This document shows positions 23,991-38,202 of a stretch of DNA of 64,000 nucleotides, piece by piece. The notes under the pieces were generated by a model, which saw only the letters and a program-made list of their open reading frames with translations, was not told the origin of the DNA and ran no database searches. A program made the position numbers and the translations under genes. Every line of letters starts with the position of its first letter. Position 1 is the first letter of the stretch. Source of the stretch: Lama glama (taxonomy: Eukaryota). The stretch is from contig CM052817.1 in assembly GCA_028534125.1 (NCBI GenBank), positions 66,156,001-66,220,000 on the forward strand. Reading direction: 5' to 3'.

Positions 23991-24306
23991 GGGGGTTGGA
24001 GTGGAAGCATTATGTGAAGGTGGGCAAAAGGTACAGACATCAAGTTATAAATATAGGGATGTAATGTAAAACATGGTGACTATAGTTCATAATACTGTAT
24101 TGTATATTTGAAAGTTGCTAAGAGAGTAGGCCTTAAAAGTTCTAATGACAAGGGGAAAATTGTAATTATGTGAGGTGATGGATTTTAACTACTCTTATGG
24201 TGGTAATCATTTTGCCATATACGCATATATCAAATCACGTTGTACACCTTAAACTTATACAACGTTATATGTCAATTATATCTCAATAAAACTGACAGAA
24301 ATAGAG
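23991..24306 (+). mobile_element. L1MA9-like 3' UTR fragment with 11-bp TSD
   Basis: GGTGACTATAGTTCATAATACTGTATTGTATATTTGAAAGTTGCTAAGAGAGTAG...TCTCAATAAA; AAGCATTTCAA at 23980-23990 and 24307-24317. Confidence 0.85.
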
Positions 24307-25629
24307 AAGCATTTCAAAGCATTTGCAGGAAAAAAATTAAAATTCATGTTTAGATTTTTTTTTAATTACAAAATCCAATTTCAGAGAGTAAAAAGAATTG
24401 ACTCAGACCTCCAGGATGAGAAATGGAATGGGAATACTGGAGTTCCATTTTAGTGTGAGGTGTGTCTCTCACATGTCCCCACTGTAAGAATAATTATGTG
24501 TGTTAATCCAGGGGAGGGCATAGTGCTACTCATGGCTCCTCTTTCTCCAAATACACAGAGGGTTCTATTGTTTGCAACATCTAAATTGTTCTCTGGTGAT
24601 AAGCTTGGCCAGACATTAGCAATTTTCAGGGAGGAAGTGGGTAGGATTTGGGTTATGTTTGTTTAGAAGCAATCCCCCCAAAAGAGTTTCCTTCTCTCTT
24701 TCAGGGTGTCCCTGATGTCCAGCCCAAAGAAGTCTACACAGTCAGGGAAATTGTGCTAGATATACTTTGGGATGCCTGTCCTGCCCACTCCCTTTTTAGA
24801 TAAAATGCCTCAGCAGCAGCACCTGCTGAATGAGCACCAAGTCACAGGTTCAATTCTTGCCATCACAGAGGACTGGACCAGGGTGGGTGAATATCTAAGT
24901 AGAGAACAACTAAGGACCAGTGACCTTTAACTTACCAGACCTAATTTGCAAAATAAGTTAGGCTAAGCAGGTATTCTCAGAAGAGCCTGACTTAAAAATT
25001 CAGAGGAAAGTCATTGGGGGTTGTTTGAATGAAAGGCCTTGCAGGCCGGGACTGAGATGGCCACTAGCAAATGATTCATGTGCAGGTGAGTAAATAGATG
25101 AAGCCATGCAGGTCAGAAGGACCATAGGTCAGATTCAGCAGGGGTGAAGACAGGAGAGAGAGACAGAGAGATTCCTAAATCTGTTTTCCATTTTGTCCTT
25201 CCTAAGGCCCAGTTGTTTAAATTTTTTCTGGATTTATGAGACCCCTCAGTAGCTTTACAACAAATACTGTTTTCTAGAGCTCATTTGAGAGTTATGTTCC
25301 TTACAATTTGAAAATCTCTCACTAAATCATATGGAAGACAGAACAGCTATGATTGCTACTCTACGCCCTCTGTGGATTTTCAGAAGCTGACACCATCTGA
25401 TTGTGGTGTTTCCTTTTCTTCATTCAAAAAATGACTATAATTTGCTGCTATCCTTGACCTTCTCAGTTGTTCTGACAGCACACTCAATGCCAAAGATAAA
25501 AAGCAAAACAATATATGTAAAGAGAGAGAGAAAGAGAGAGAGAAAGACAGTCTCTGACTGGAGAGTCTTGTTAAGTTTTGGAGCTGTTTTATTAATATTC
25601 TCTATGCCTGTTTCCATGTCACATTCAGG

Positions 25630-26010
25630 CAAGTTATAAGCTATGCTGCAGTAAAAATGGAAAAAAATCTCAGTAGCTTAACACAGTTTGAAGTCCTCTG
25701 CAGGTTTGGGCCACCCTCCAGGGCAGCCATCCTCCATTCTGTGTGTGCTGGCTCAGCATTGCAGCCTGCTTCAATCAGGCAATCAGAAGGCATCCATATC
25801 AGCATTTCACAGTCACCTAGAAGGAGAGGAGAGCGGAGCTCCAGCGATTAAGTGCTTCTGCCCAGAAGTGACACCCACCAATGACAACACTCACATTTCA
25901 TTGGCCTGCACTGCTCATTTGACCACAGCTAATTTCAAAGACGGGTAGAGGAATGTAATCCTCCCGTGTGTCCAAAATTAGAAGGAGACCTAATATTTAT
26001 GAAGGGTAAT
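25630..26010 (-). mobile_element. MaLR MLT1J-like LTR
   Basis: TATGCTGCAGTAA...AATCTCAGTAGCTTAACAC and CCAGAAGTGACAC...TCACATTTCATTGGCC. Confidence 0.65.
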
Positions 26011-26720
26011 AATGGCAATCAGCAATTCTCAGTAATCCATCTGACCCACGTGGGACTTCCACGTTACTGTTTGATACCCAGTGACTAGGGCATGCATCTT
26101 AGTTCTGTTTTACATGCCAAGATGCTCCTGTATGACTGTGGCTACTGACCTGCTTCTCATGTTGAACTGTTCCTATCCCTGCTGCGCCGTCCCTACTGGA
26201 CTGAATCGGTTACACTCCACTTGGCCCAATTTTGATCTCACTACGTCTTCCCGAGGGCCTGTGGCCCTACACCCGACCCTGGTAGCATGATAGCTTCTTA
26301 TAATCTTGCTAGCTCCCTCTTAGGCCAGGGCTTGGTTTCTCCCTTACTCTCAACACTCTAGAGGCTTTGCAAATGGGCACTGTTGGGGATCGTTGACAGT
26401 TATTAATCTACAAACTGGACTGGAAAAAAATGCCCTCCTAATGTGTGTCAACTACTATTAGAAGCCTTAGCTTCTTTTCTAATTTTCAAAGTTGTGAGTA
26501 CATCACCTAGAAATATGAATATATCTATACGTAGATATACAGAATACATAGAATTTATGTTTGTGAGTCACTGCCTTTTACAAGAGGTTAATATGACCAG
26601 TTTAATAATATGTAAACTTATTATATTGCTTAAATGCCAAGCGGTTTCTGCAAATGCCATGTTTTGGTACTACTTTGACACAACAAAACAATTTTTTTTT
26701 CTTCTTTATTACTCCTACAG

Positions 26721-27116
26721 TATGATGAGTTGCTTTTTGTGTCAACCTGACTAGGCTGCTATACCCAGTTATTTAACCAAACACTAGTCTAGATTGTGCT
26801 GTGAAGGTATTTTGTAGATATGATTAACATCTCCAATCAACTGACTTTAAGTGAGGGCCTCATCCAATCAGTTGAAGGCCTTGAGAACAAGACCTGAGGC
26901 TTCCTGGAGAAGAAAGAATTCTCCTCGAAGACTGCAGCATCAACTCCTGCCTGTTTCAAAACAGCCAGTCTGCCCTACAGATTTCAGACTCATCAGTTTG
27001 CAATTGTGTGAGCCAATTCTTTAAACAACTCTCTTTATACACACACATACACACATAAAGATACATATATCTGTATTTCCTGTTGGTTCTGTTACACACC
27101 CAGACCGATAACTACA
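26721..27116 (+). mobile_element. ERVL MLT2 (C/D-like) solo LTR
   Basis: GTGTCAACCTGACTAGGC...GTGAAGGTATTTTGTAGAT...CCTCATCCAATCAGTTGAAGGCC...GTGAGCCAATTC...TTGGTTCTGTT. Confidence 0.85.
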
Positions 27117-27404
27117 ATGTATACTTTTTTCCAATTCAAGGTCAGCAATTATTCTAAATATCATGAGAGAATGTTTCTTTATGCATCTGTATCTCCCAGT
27201 CTCTCTGTCTCTTTCTCACATATGTGCATGCACACACACATAACACATCACATAGGACCATGTTATATATTTCCAAAAAGGTAAAGTTAATGATTTAATT
27301 CTTTAGGGTAAAATGTCACTTTGGTTTTCTCATTCATGGCCTGGATGAAGAATTTCCATTCTCCCAAATATATCAACATCCCAGGTAATTGTAATGGATA
27401 GTCA

Positions 27405-27836
27405 GAATGTAAGGTTGGGGTCCCCAGATATATATCCTGAGATGAAGATTCATATAACAGTGATTTATTAGGAGTGTTCCAAGGAAAAGCCACAGAAAAG
27501 TATGGCAACTGACAGGGAAGGGGAGGAAGCCAGGCAGGGGTCTGCTGTCAAGCAAAGACCCAGGAATGGGAACTTTGGTTCAATCCTGCAGGGGACCTCT
27601 GCAGACTGGTAAGTCATACTTCCAAGCTGTCCCCATCAGGGACCAGAGAGCTGAGTATTTTACCCAGTAGTCATCGGTGGAGACATAAATGCCTAGGCTG
27701 TTTCGGCTCTCTCTACACTGATGCAAAGGCCAGGGACATCTGAGGATGCAGATAAAAGCACACGGGAACTGCTGTGCGTGAAAATGGAAAAGGTTTGGAG
27801 AGGATATGGGTGCACACTGAGAACACCTGCCATTCA
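27405..27836 (-). mobile_element. ERVL LTR33/LTR16-like solo LTR
   Basis: CTGAGATGAAGATT...TGATTTATTAGG...GACAGGGAAGGGGAGGAAGCCA. Confidence 0.6.
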
Positions 27837-29599
27837 GGACTGAAAACCACTAGGCTACAGGGATAGTGCAAGAAAAACAACCAAATACCTCATTGAAGGT
27901 ACATAGTTTTTAAAAATTATATCATTTCTCATATTACTCCAAATTAGTCTCCTCTTCCACCTCTGTAATGGACTTACCACCTTAGGATTAAGTATGACCT
28001 CACTCCTATCTCTTTTCCAATCCCCCAAATAGTGTCCTTTCTGTTGTATGAAGTTCTTAAGTCTCAGAGTATAGCATTTTATCCCTTTATGGATAGACTA
28101 TTGTGAAAATATTCCTAAGACAGGAAATACACTGGCTTAGCTCAGAACTGAGAACTCTACTAAGTGTTTGTAGCTAGGTCTTCTGTCCAACCTTGGAAGG
28201 CTTTGGCTATATGCTGAATGTTTTATCTGATCGGCAGCCTCATTTCAAATATCCTCCCTATGATTTTGCATGAATCATGGGTGCACAGTTCTATGGAATA
28301 AGACTGGGTACATAATGATATCTTCCCCTGTAAGATTCCTTTCTTTGGAGTTTTTCAGCTACAGACTCTGCCTGGGAGGAATCCTGGATAGAATCCAATG
28401 GAGGTCCCTTACCCTCAGGCATCTGGCTGAACGTGAGATAACCCAGAGACTAAGGTGGTAAAATACATAGCCCTGGGGATATAGGAAGGCTTTCCAGAGG
28501 TTACTCAGGTAGGAACATTTCCAGAGGTCCATTTTTCTGGATCCTCAAAGTTCATCCTTAGTCTTTCTTAAAATTGATCTGTCAAGGCATCTCCTGGGAC
28601 CTGCCACTTCTTTCCCATCTCTCTTCACAGACCCTTTTGCCTTCTCTTCACTCATCTGAAATCAGTATGGTGTGTTATCCCAAGGCACTTCCAGGATGCC
28701 AAACAAAGAAACAGTTTGAGAAGTGATGCTGGGCATCACAAGATGATGAAGCTATAAAGGCAGCAGTCAGAATATTGGAGAGGAAAGTGCCCTTCCTACC
28801 TAAGAGAAAGCTAGGCTCCTGTGCCTTTATCTATCTCCCCCAAACCATGTATTACTTACATATCTTAGAATTCAGAAGTGAAGTGATAGTGGAGATGTAT
28901 ATTTGTATGTTTACTGTGACTGAAAAAAAGTCAGCTTTTTTGACAGAGAAGCCTAATTTAGATTACTGGTTTCACAATTAAGAACTGGCTTTGCCAATTA
29001 AGTTCTTCAGCAGATATTTTTCCTCTCAATTAAGTAAGTTTAATTTGATGCTCTAATAGTTTGATGAAAAATACTTTACATACAAATGCAATATACAATT
29101 TGCTATAACTTATAATCATGTTTAACTATTAAGCCTTCAATATAAAACTTTAGGTAACAACTAAAAATATAATTAGAAAATTTTAGGAGATACTCAAGCA
29201 AAACATTGAATACCTCTAGATTAGCAAAATATATTCACCCAGACTAAACTACTATGACCAAGGCCAGCTGACCAAATCCATCTTTTCTTTTCATATTCTT
29301 AAACACCTGATGACTTTAAGACCACAACACTTTGATTAGCTAAGGGACCAAGGATTAAAATATTTACTAATTTTTTGTTTCAAAATGTGAGAGAGAAGTG
29401 AGAACACAAGTATACTAGGTCTGAAAGGTGGTCATTTTTAATACTCAAGGAAAAAGGCAGAAAAATAATGAACTTTACTTGTTTCATAATTCTGCATAAT
29501 ATTCATATTGAACTTTTATAGCACTCTACAGTTAAAATATTTCCTATGCATTTCATTTTATTCTTATACTATTTTAGTGGATGTTTTCATTTTAAGTGA

Positions 29600-29985
29600 T
29601 CTAAAAGCAAAACCTGAGATGGAGATTCTTTTCCAATGATTTATTGGAAAAGCACCCTCAGGAGAAGGGAGCTCACGGGAAACAGGACAGGATAGGAAAT
29701 AAAAACTAAGTAAGAAGGAAGTTTCATCTGAGCTTCCTGTCATGAACTTCAGTCTATTCCCACTGAAAAGCTTTGAGCACCAGCTGCACCACAGAGTTGG
29801 AGCCCCTTGACACAAGGGGTTGACCTTTTGTACCTGTCAGGCATTGGTCAAGATCTCTGGACAGGTGGAAGTTCCTGTTTGACCACTACTCTGGGGGCCA
29901 TTTTCTAGTCAATACTCACAGCAGATGGGGGATAGGTTCTCTGGATGGTCAAGAGGATCTGGGAGAGCACCAACAACATCTCCAG
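29600..29985 (-). mobile_element. ERVL LTR33/LTR16-like solo LTR
   Basis: CCTGAGATGGAGATTC...TGATTTATTGG...GGATCTGGGAGAGCACCAACAACATC. Confidence 0.55.
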
Positions 29986-30629
29986 TTTTCTATTTGAGAA
30001 ATAAGGAAACCAAGGCTCAGAACAATGAAGTATCTCACCCCAGGGCTCTACAGGTAGTAAATGATGGAGTAGTGGTATAAGTTCTTGTCTCTTGACCTTA
30101 AAGTCAAACAGTGGAGTTCAGACTGTTCCCATGTCACACTGTTTGATGACCAGTGTATACAATCCCATGGAGCTAAACAGTCAGTTATGAAATCAGACTC
30201 GACATTTACTAGCTATGTCCTTGGATATTATAGCCTTTAGATATATGATCATAGGCAGGTTATTTAACATTTCTGAGTCTTAACCTGAAAAAGGTGAACA
30301 ATAGCTACCATGGTATTCTAATGATTGTTTAAAAAATATATAAAGCAACTATCATAGTGCCTTACATGGTGTATATGCTGCAGAATATCCATTTCCCTTC
30401 CTTTCCTTTTCTGTCTATGAATAGACACAATAAAGTAATGCAGAAAATATACTGGATAACATACAAATGATATATTGGATAACACACAAATATACACACG
30501 CCCTAAGAGGGAACCGTGTCAAACTGATTAGATTTTCTAGAAAGTCCTTCCACTCCAAGTTACTACCACAAAAGCTTTAAACTTGACTACAGCAATTTGA
30601 TCATTTTCCTCCTCTGTTTGAATCTGTAT

Positions 30630-32260
30630 AATTTTTTTTAAAAGCTAATGACATACAACATACTAACAGAAAAAGTGAAAAAGTCTTAAATGTATAGTTT
30701 AATGAATTAATGCAAAGTAAACACACTTGTGTAATCATGACAGACACAAGAAATATAACATTACCAGTAGCCCGGAATCACCCATTCTGCATCTTGAACC
30801 CCTTCCTGATGATTAAGCCCTTTCTTCTCCCTAAAGGTAGCCAATCTTAGAGTTTATAATACCATAGATAAGTTGGGGCGTTTTTTGCCAGTTTGAGGTT
30901 TATGAAAGTGGAATCAAATAATATTAACATGATGTATCTGCCTTCTTTCACTCAACTCGCCTGTTTTGTGTGTGTAACTATTTTTAAAATTTTCATTGCT
31001 GAATATTATTACTATGTATGTATATTTATTTAAATATTTTATTGTTGATGAACATTTTGGTTATTTCTAGTTTTGGACTTTTACCAATAATACTGCAGTG
31101 AATACTATTGAACTTTCCATTTGTGCATATGTGTTCATTTCTTTTGGATATAATACATAGGAGTTATAGTGCAAGATTATGAAGTATGCTTATGATCATC
31201 TTGAGTAAATACTGGTAAACAGTTTTCCAAAGTGCTGTAACAATTTACACTCCACTCCCCAGAAATTTATAGTAGCTCTTGTTGTTCCATACTGTTACCA
31301 ATACTTGTTTTTCTCTGTTTTGTTTTTGTTTTTACCATTCTGGTGGCATACCACTACACACCTACCAAATTTATGTCTTTATCTTCCATTTCCCTGATAT
31401 GTAATGATATAGAGCACATTTTCATAGATTTTTTTGCCTATTTTGATACTCTTTTTTTGTGAGTGAGTTTTCAAGTCTATTGCCATATAGACTTGTCTTT
31501 TTCTCAATGATCTTTAGAACTTCTCTCTATATCTTGGATACCAGCCTGTTTTTTGGTTGTTATCTTCTCTCCCTCTGTAACTTGCCTTTTTTGCTGTCTT
31601 AATGGCACCATTTGATAAAGCACATTTCATGTTTTCAGAAATCTTTGCCACTTTCACAGTTATAAAGATATTCTCTTTGTTACCTTCTAGATTTTTTTAC
31701 ATTTCACATTTTGTTCTATACTCCTTCTGGAACTGGCAGTGATAAGCTTTATTTTTTCCATATGGATATCCAATTAACATAACACTATTTATTGAAAAGA
31801 CTGCCCTTTTCCACTGTTCTGAAGCACCACATTAGACATAAATCAAGTATACATATATATACAGATCCGTTTCTGAACACTGTATTCTGATCCATTAGTC
31901 TATTCATCTATTCTTGCACCCAATACTGTGCTTTATTGTTTTAGTTCTTTAGACATTGAGTTAGAAATTCAAAATTATTTTGACATTGAATAAAACAGAT
32001 TGTCCCAACTTGTTCTTCTTTGAGGTTGCCTTCGTTAATAGCATTTCAGTACATATTTCTACCAAAAGTCCACTGGGATTTTAATTAGGATTGCATTTGA
32101 TTTTTAGATTGATTTTTGTTAAAATCTTTATAATACTGAGTCCTTCAATCCATGAACATGGTATATTTCTCCATTTATTTAGGCCTTTAATTTCTGTCAG
32201 TATTGCTTAAAATTTGGGGGGAAGAGAATTTGTGTATATTTCCTTAGATTTTTAAAAACT
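30630..32260 (-). mobile_element. Old L1M (L1ME/MB-like) 3' UTR and ORF2 remnants
   Basis: TTTTCCAAAGTG..CAATTTACACTCC, CATATGGATATCCAATT..TTTATTGAAAAGAC, CAATCCATGAACATGGTATAT. Confidence 0.8.
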
Positions 32261-33199
32261 AGATGTTAGAAAATGTTTTGATAACCATATATACTTTTAA
32301 GGAAGAATTAACTGACTTGGAATTTGATTCTGGATTTTCTGTGAAAGACAAAGTTTTCCAGCTGAACTTATTTGCATACAGGCATAAGGTAATTCTTATG
32401 TGAAAGTACCAATTTCCTGGGATGTATTATTTTAATTTTCTATAGTAATAATTTTGATGAATTATGATTTAGTATTAATTAAATACTATGAAAGATTTCC
32501 AGAAAAATGGCCATATGAAGATCATCTCATGTATTGTCTACCATACTCAATGTATTTTAAGTCAGAATTTATTTATGTAACAAACTGTGTCTAGAATTTA
32601 GTGCAAGGAAAATTTTCATTTTTGTAATTAAATGATGTACCCCCTAAACTAGTCAGGAAATAGGTAGCAAACTGTATTTGACTACTTTAAACGAAGTTTA
32701 GTAAGGAAACTCTTTACAATGGTATAGGCAGTGTATGTGTTCTAGTGTGAGGACACCAACAGCAAAGTGCTATTACCACTCCTCCACCTAAAACGACAAG
32801 AAGAGGGATTAATTACAAACCCCGAGAAAGTGGGCTCCCCAAAGGTCCTATGACCTGCAGAGAAGGCACATGACCACTTCATTTAAACCCAGAGGCAAGG
32901 AGTTCTTCTTGCTCATTTTCTCCTCCAGTGATCCCGTTGGCCTCACCCATCAAAAGCCAAATATCAAGAGAACACTTGATGCAGTTCATGTATTCCAACT
33001 TCCAGAAGATACAGCCCAAAGAAGAGAAGAGTATAGAACAGCTCCAGAGAGCCAAACAGAAGATATCAAGTTATTTTTATAAATTAAGAAAAACTTTGAA
33101 GCCTTGTCTTCTTTGGCTTCCAGGAAGCTAAACTATTAAACTATCAATTTCATTAATAACAGTACGTCTAGACCTTTAACATATAGCTTCCCCTTCTGC

Positions 33200-33689
33200 T
33201 GTATAGTGCATGCTGTTGATGTCCCACTAAGGATGCCTTCATTCATTTATATTCATCACCCACCTTCATTTATTTGTATCAATTACATATTTGTATCCAC
33301 TATCAACTGGATTGTTGACTAATGGTAATTCACTATTGCCCCTTTTCCAGAGAATTGCTCTTCCCCAATAGGGAACTTCCTTCTTAGAGGGCTGACTCAA
33401 CCTTCCATTTCCTCAAGAAGTTTGCCAATGACAAACTGATAAAGCAGTACAGTGGCTGGTCCAGTTGCTATAATGTGGGAGTAAATCTGTGGTGCAATCT
33501 GTGCTTTGAAAATTTCCCAAGGGATCAGACTGAAGCTAGAGTCTAACTAGGACTACATGTTTGGTTAGTTTGTTCCACTACCTTATCCTGTTTCCCCTCC
33601 TCTCCTCTCCTGAGAGCACGTCCTCAATAAATCACTGGAATAAGAATCCCTGTCTTAGACTCTACCTCTAAGATATCTGACCTAAGACA
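33200..33689 (+). mobile_element. ERVL LTR16-like solo LTR
   Basis: TG...CA ends; CCTGAGAGCACGTCCTCAATAAATCACT...AAGAATCCCTGTCT...CCTAAGACA. Confidence 0.65.
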
Positions 33690-33789
33690 TTCTGTACTCT
33701 GATACATATGTGTACCATATTATATGCTTATGAGGGCTTTGTGGTACCTTTGATGCTTTATTTAAAAATAGCTGGCATTTATTAAGCAC

Positions 33790-34010
33790 TGAAAAATATA
33801 CTGGCACTTTAATAAGTGCTTGCATGCATTTTACAGTTTTATCATCAGCAAACCAGAAAGGAACAGTCATAATTCTTACCCTATAAATGAGGATATACTT
33901 AAAAGTTAAGGAATATCCTGAGGACACACAGATATTAAATGGCAAAGCTGATATTCAAAACTAATCTGTTCAACTCCAAAAACCAAGCTCCTATCTACTA
34001 AAATATATTG
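33790..34010 (-). mobile_element. MIR SINE
   Basis: CTGGCACTTTAATAAGTGCTT...AAAAGTTAAG...CACACAG...AATGGCAAAGCTG...ACTCCAAA. Confidence 0.6.
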
Positions 34011-34449
34011 TCCACTTACTGAATTTTCTAAAAATCTATTTTTATTGAGAACTCACTAATCATTTTACCTGAATTATATTATTAACCTCTCATAATATTC
34101 TATAAGGTGGATACTAAAATTATTCTCACTTACAAAAGAGGGAAACTGAGAAATAGGCAATATATAAAATATACACAACCTGGAAGTAAAGTTCCCTATC
34201 TCCAAATGAGGGCTTCTTTCCTCAGCACCTCACCTAGAGGCATGAGGCTGGCCTCGATCACCATATCACGTAAATATAGTCTTTTCCCCAATGATTGTAA
34301 TTGTATGCCTCTCCCACTAAATACTCAAAGGGCAAGTATTTATTTCTGTATTTTTAGCACCTCCTACCATGCTGGGCACATAGTAGATGTTCATTAATTT
34401 CACATAAATGAATACCTGAAAGAATGAATAGGTTGAGAGAATTCACTTT

Positions 34450-34812
34450 TGTCTTAGTTCAGGATGCTACAACAGAATACTGGGTGACTGGGTGACTTAA
34501 ATAACAAACATTGATTTCTCACAATTGTGGAGGCTGGGAAGTCCAACTTCAAGGTGCTAGCAATCCAGTGTCTGGTGAGGGCTCAATTTCTGGTTTGAAA
34601 ATGGTAGTCTTATCGTATCGTCACATGACAGAGAGCAAAGAGAGGGAGCAGGTTCTACTATGTCATATTATAAAGGCACTCATCCACTTCATGAGGATTC
34701 TACCCTCATGATCTAATTATTTCCCAGAGGCCTCACTTCCTAATGTTACCACATTGGGGCTTAGGATTTCAACAGTTGAATTTTGGTGGACATAAACATT
34801 TAGTCCATGACA
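34450..34812 (-). mobile_element. MaLR MLT1A0-like solo LTR with 5-bp TSD
   Basis: TG...CA termini; GGAGGCTGGGAAGTCCAA..CAAGGTG; flanks ACTTT (34445-34449) / ACTCT (34813-34817). Confidence 0.88.
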
Positions 34813-35259
34813 ACTCTTTTTAAAATTATATTAGAATCTATTGTTGACTTCCTGTTGCTCATTGAATTTGGCAGGAGAAACTCTTCTCAGCTTTTCATTT
34901 TTCTATCCTGAGAAAACTTCTCTAAACTATGAATTCACACATTACTATTTGATACTACAGGTGCATGCTGAAAAAAAAATCATTGACTATTAGGACTGGA
35001 TTAGAATCATAAAAATTTTTTCATCTAAACTCTTACTTTATAAGTGAGATGTGGAGAAGCTGAATTCCCCGAGTCACCAAAGCAGCTGGTCAGCAAGCCA
35101 GCCAGGGCCTTGTCCAGTGCTATTTCTATTGGCCCAGGTTGCCTCACATAAACAGTGAGATGTATATTTACACATTTATATGCATATATATTTATACTTA
35201 AACCTTCATCATCTGTGATGGCCATTTTTAGCCTATAACACTTAAGAACAATAATAAGA

Positions 35260-35640
35260 ACTAGCAATTATTGAGTCTTAGTCTATGTCCAGCATTGTGT
35301 TGGAAGTTCTACATACCTAATCTCATTCAGTCGTCCAAACAGCCTTAGGAGAGGTGGATTGTTGTATTCTCCTGTTAGAGATAAAGAAATTGAGGCACAA
35401 TGAAGTTAAGAAGTTTACCCAAGTGATGTTTTCTTTTAATTGAATATAGTTGATTTACAATATTATGTTAGTTTCAGGTGTACAGCATAGTGATTCAGTG
35501 ATTTTGGTATTTTATACTCCATTATAGGTTATTACAAGATAATGGCTATAATTCCCTGTGCTATACGTATATCCCTGTTGCTTATCTTTACCTAAATGAT
35601 GGTTTTGAATCACAGTTTTGACTCCAGAGCCTTCCACTTT
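35260..35640 (-). mobile_element. MIR SINE interrupted by an L1 3' end
   Basis: TTATTGAG...ATGTCCAGCATTGTG...GATAAAGAAATTGAGGCACA...TGACTCCAGAGCC. Confidence 0.7.
35429..35586 (-). mobile_element. Short L1 3' end with 15-bp TSD (2 mismatches)
   Basis: TTGAATATAGTTGATTTACAATATTATGTTAGTTTCAGGTGTACAGCATAGTGATTCAG; TTTACCCAAGTGATG 35414-35428 / TTTACCTAAATGATG 35587-35601. Confidence 0.85.
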
Positions 35641-37449
35641 TTAATACTAAGGAGATTTGCTCCAACTTTTGCCATCCATGAAACTTCTGATAGAAGATAA
35701 GCATTTCTATTTCTTAGCAGAAGACTCATTAAAAAAAATTTCAGGTTCAGCTTTCTTCTCTCACTGAAAACCACAAATGGCATAATACACTTTGAGACAG
35801 TTCTCCTATCAGCAAAGAAAAGGAACAAATATTACATATAGAAACAAAAATCACTGAAATTTAGCCACTTAGTAACAAGAAAATCATATTTTTAGTATAG
35901 TACAGTTTTTACTTTTTTTAATCAAAGAAATTTTACTTATTTTGTAACTCTGGCTTAGTTCTTTTTCTAATGTAAGCACTTTTTAAACTTTAAAATAAAG
36001 TAGAATTATTTTTATTGATTAATAATTCAAAGAAAGAGAATGTAAGAAAATAAAGAAATTGTTTCAATGAAAATGATCATCAATATACATGCTTACTATT
36101 GTTGAAATATTATAAATGTGAAGGGTTAAAAAAATGCTTAATATAAAAAAGTCTTCTCAAGTAAATTTGTAAATTGCATACTTTATTTACAAATTGTTGC
36201 CCTGATTAGGAATCACACAGTATTACCAACTACATTTCCTGAAGGGAGAGGCAAAAGTGTATGTCTATTTGCCAAAAGTCATCAAGCCATTCTCATTATA
36301 GATTTAGATGTAAAAATGAAATTAGTATGTGAATTTGTCTTTAATCCACATTTTTCTCTAAAGAAATAATACCATTTTTCTTCAGCTAAAATCTAAGCAG
36401 AATATAAACAATTAAATGTATTATTTGGCTGCTATGAAGCAAATCTTCTGAAAACCAGCACTGAATCTCAATTTTATTTACAAACTGTATTGAAGGAAAT
36501 GGAAACAGTCCAGGCTGTTTTAAACATATTTTAGTATAATAGCGAGATCAACAGTGGTGCCCCCATCCTTCGGAAATCTGAATACACGCGGCCAGTTTTC
36601 TACTTGTAGGTCTAGTAGCAGCAGTTTAAAGCTCTCTCTAAAGTTTGTGTGTTTCCCTGCTATGTTTCCTCAAACTTTCTGTGCCTCTGAGATCTTCTCC
36701 GTGTGTGCTATTCTAGTTCTCTGTCATGTCAGACCCTGATGTGAATACCCCCTCTTTCACTCTTTCCTCAAAATTTCAGTCTCAGTCAGCATTTTGTGAT
36801 TCTGTGAACTTTCTGAGTATTTGAGGGGTTCCAAGGGAGGACCATTTCACACAATCCACAACATTCTACCATTTTGCTTATTCCTTTTCTCACTTCCAAA
36901 GCCTAGACGCCTCCATTTGTTTCTCCATCTGTGTCATGGGCCCCTTTCTCCAATGTGTTCTCCCAACTGGAGCAGCCCTACCAGGTTGTTCTGCCCTCCA
37001 AGTCACCACCTCAGAATTCCAGTGAGCAAATATTCTCAACTTTTTAACAAAGGATATAAATCCTCTAAATTCTTTTAAGTAAATACCCCTTTTATTTTTA
37101 TTTAAATCAATTCCCCCCAAAAGACACTACCTCAGTAGAGAAAAATATATCAAAGTTACCAAAGTTATTTAATAGTATAAAATCACAGAGGTAGTAATAT
37201 CGAATAAAAAAAACAGAGCTCAGCATTAACTATGCCTTAAAAATATCTAACAATTATGGTTAATTTTGTATAAAGACAGAGAAAAAAATCTAAATAAACA
37301 AGAAAAATAATTAAGGTTTGGAAGATGCTCTGGCCTGTGGAGTGAGTAAGTAAGAATAACTGACTATTTTCATGTGCAGGCGGGATGAAATACAGTTGGC
37401 AAGATGAAGTTTCTTTTTTCATTGATTAAGAAATAAATTTGGAGAGACA

Positions 37450-38200
37450 AAAAAGCATTGGGAGAATAAAACAAGCATTTATGCAGTCAACACCAAGCAC
37501 AAGAAACAAATCATTACAACTACAATTGAAGCCTCCTGTGAACTCTCACTTATTGCATTCTTCTGAATTTGGTCTCCTCTTCACAATGTTTTATATTTCT
37601 GCTACGTAAGTATGAATTCCATAAATATACATACTAGCATTATTTTGCATATTTAAAAAAGTATAGAGATGCAATTACACTCTATATATTCTTTAACAGC
37701 TTGCTTTTTCAATATTATTTTTTAAGATTTATTCATGTTTGTACATTTAGTTTTAATTTTTTCATTTTTAACTACTGAAAAGTCTTTTTTGTCTTATGAA
37801 CAAATAGGTGTTTATCTAGAATTCCACTAATAGACATTTAATTTTCTTTTTCTTTTTTCTCTTCTGTTAAAACCAATGCCACTGTGAGCATTTTGGTAAG
37901 CTTCTCTTTGTGTCCACGTTTGAATAGTGTGTATCTAGTAGAGAATGACTCATGAAAAGGTATGCACAACTTCAGTTACACTTGATAATCAAAATTGCTT
38001 GTTAATGTGGCTGACCCAATTTGTACTCTGCCAGGAGTATATGATTTTCATTAACACTTTCAATTTTACCCTATCAGATTCATGTGAAAGAGAATCTCAT
38101 TGTGTTTTCAAGTTCCATTTCTCTGAGTAAATATGAAGTTTAGCATCTTCTAGTCTGTTTACTGTCTACTTGGTTTTCTTGTGGGTAAATTTTTTGTCAT
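37450..38200 (-). mobile_element. Old L1ME-like 3' fragment
   Basis: T-rich; TTTTAAGATTTATTCATG, CCAATTTGTACTC, AATCTCATTGTGTTTT. Confidence 0.6.
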
Positions 38201-38202
38201 AT

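Noticed and set aside
30449..30492. Imperfect ~24-bp tandem duplication (ATACTGGATAACATACAAAT / ATATTGGATAACACACAAAT)
   Set aside because: Ordinary slippage with no sign of function.
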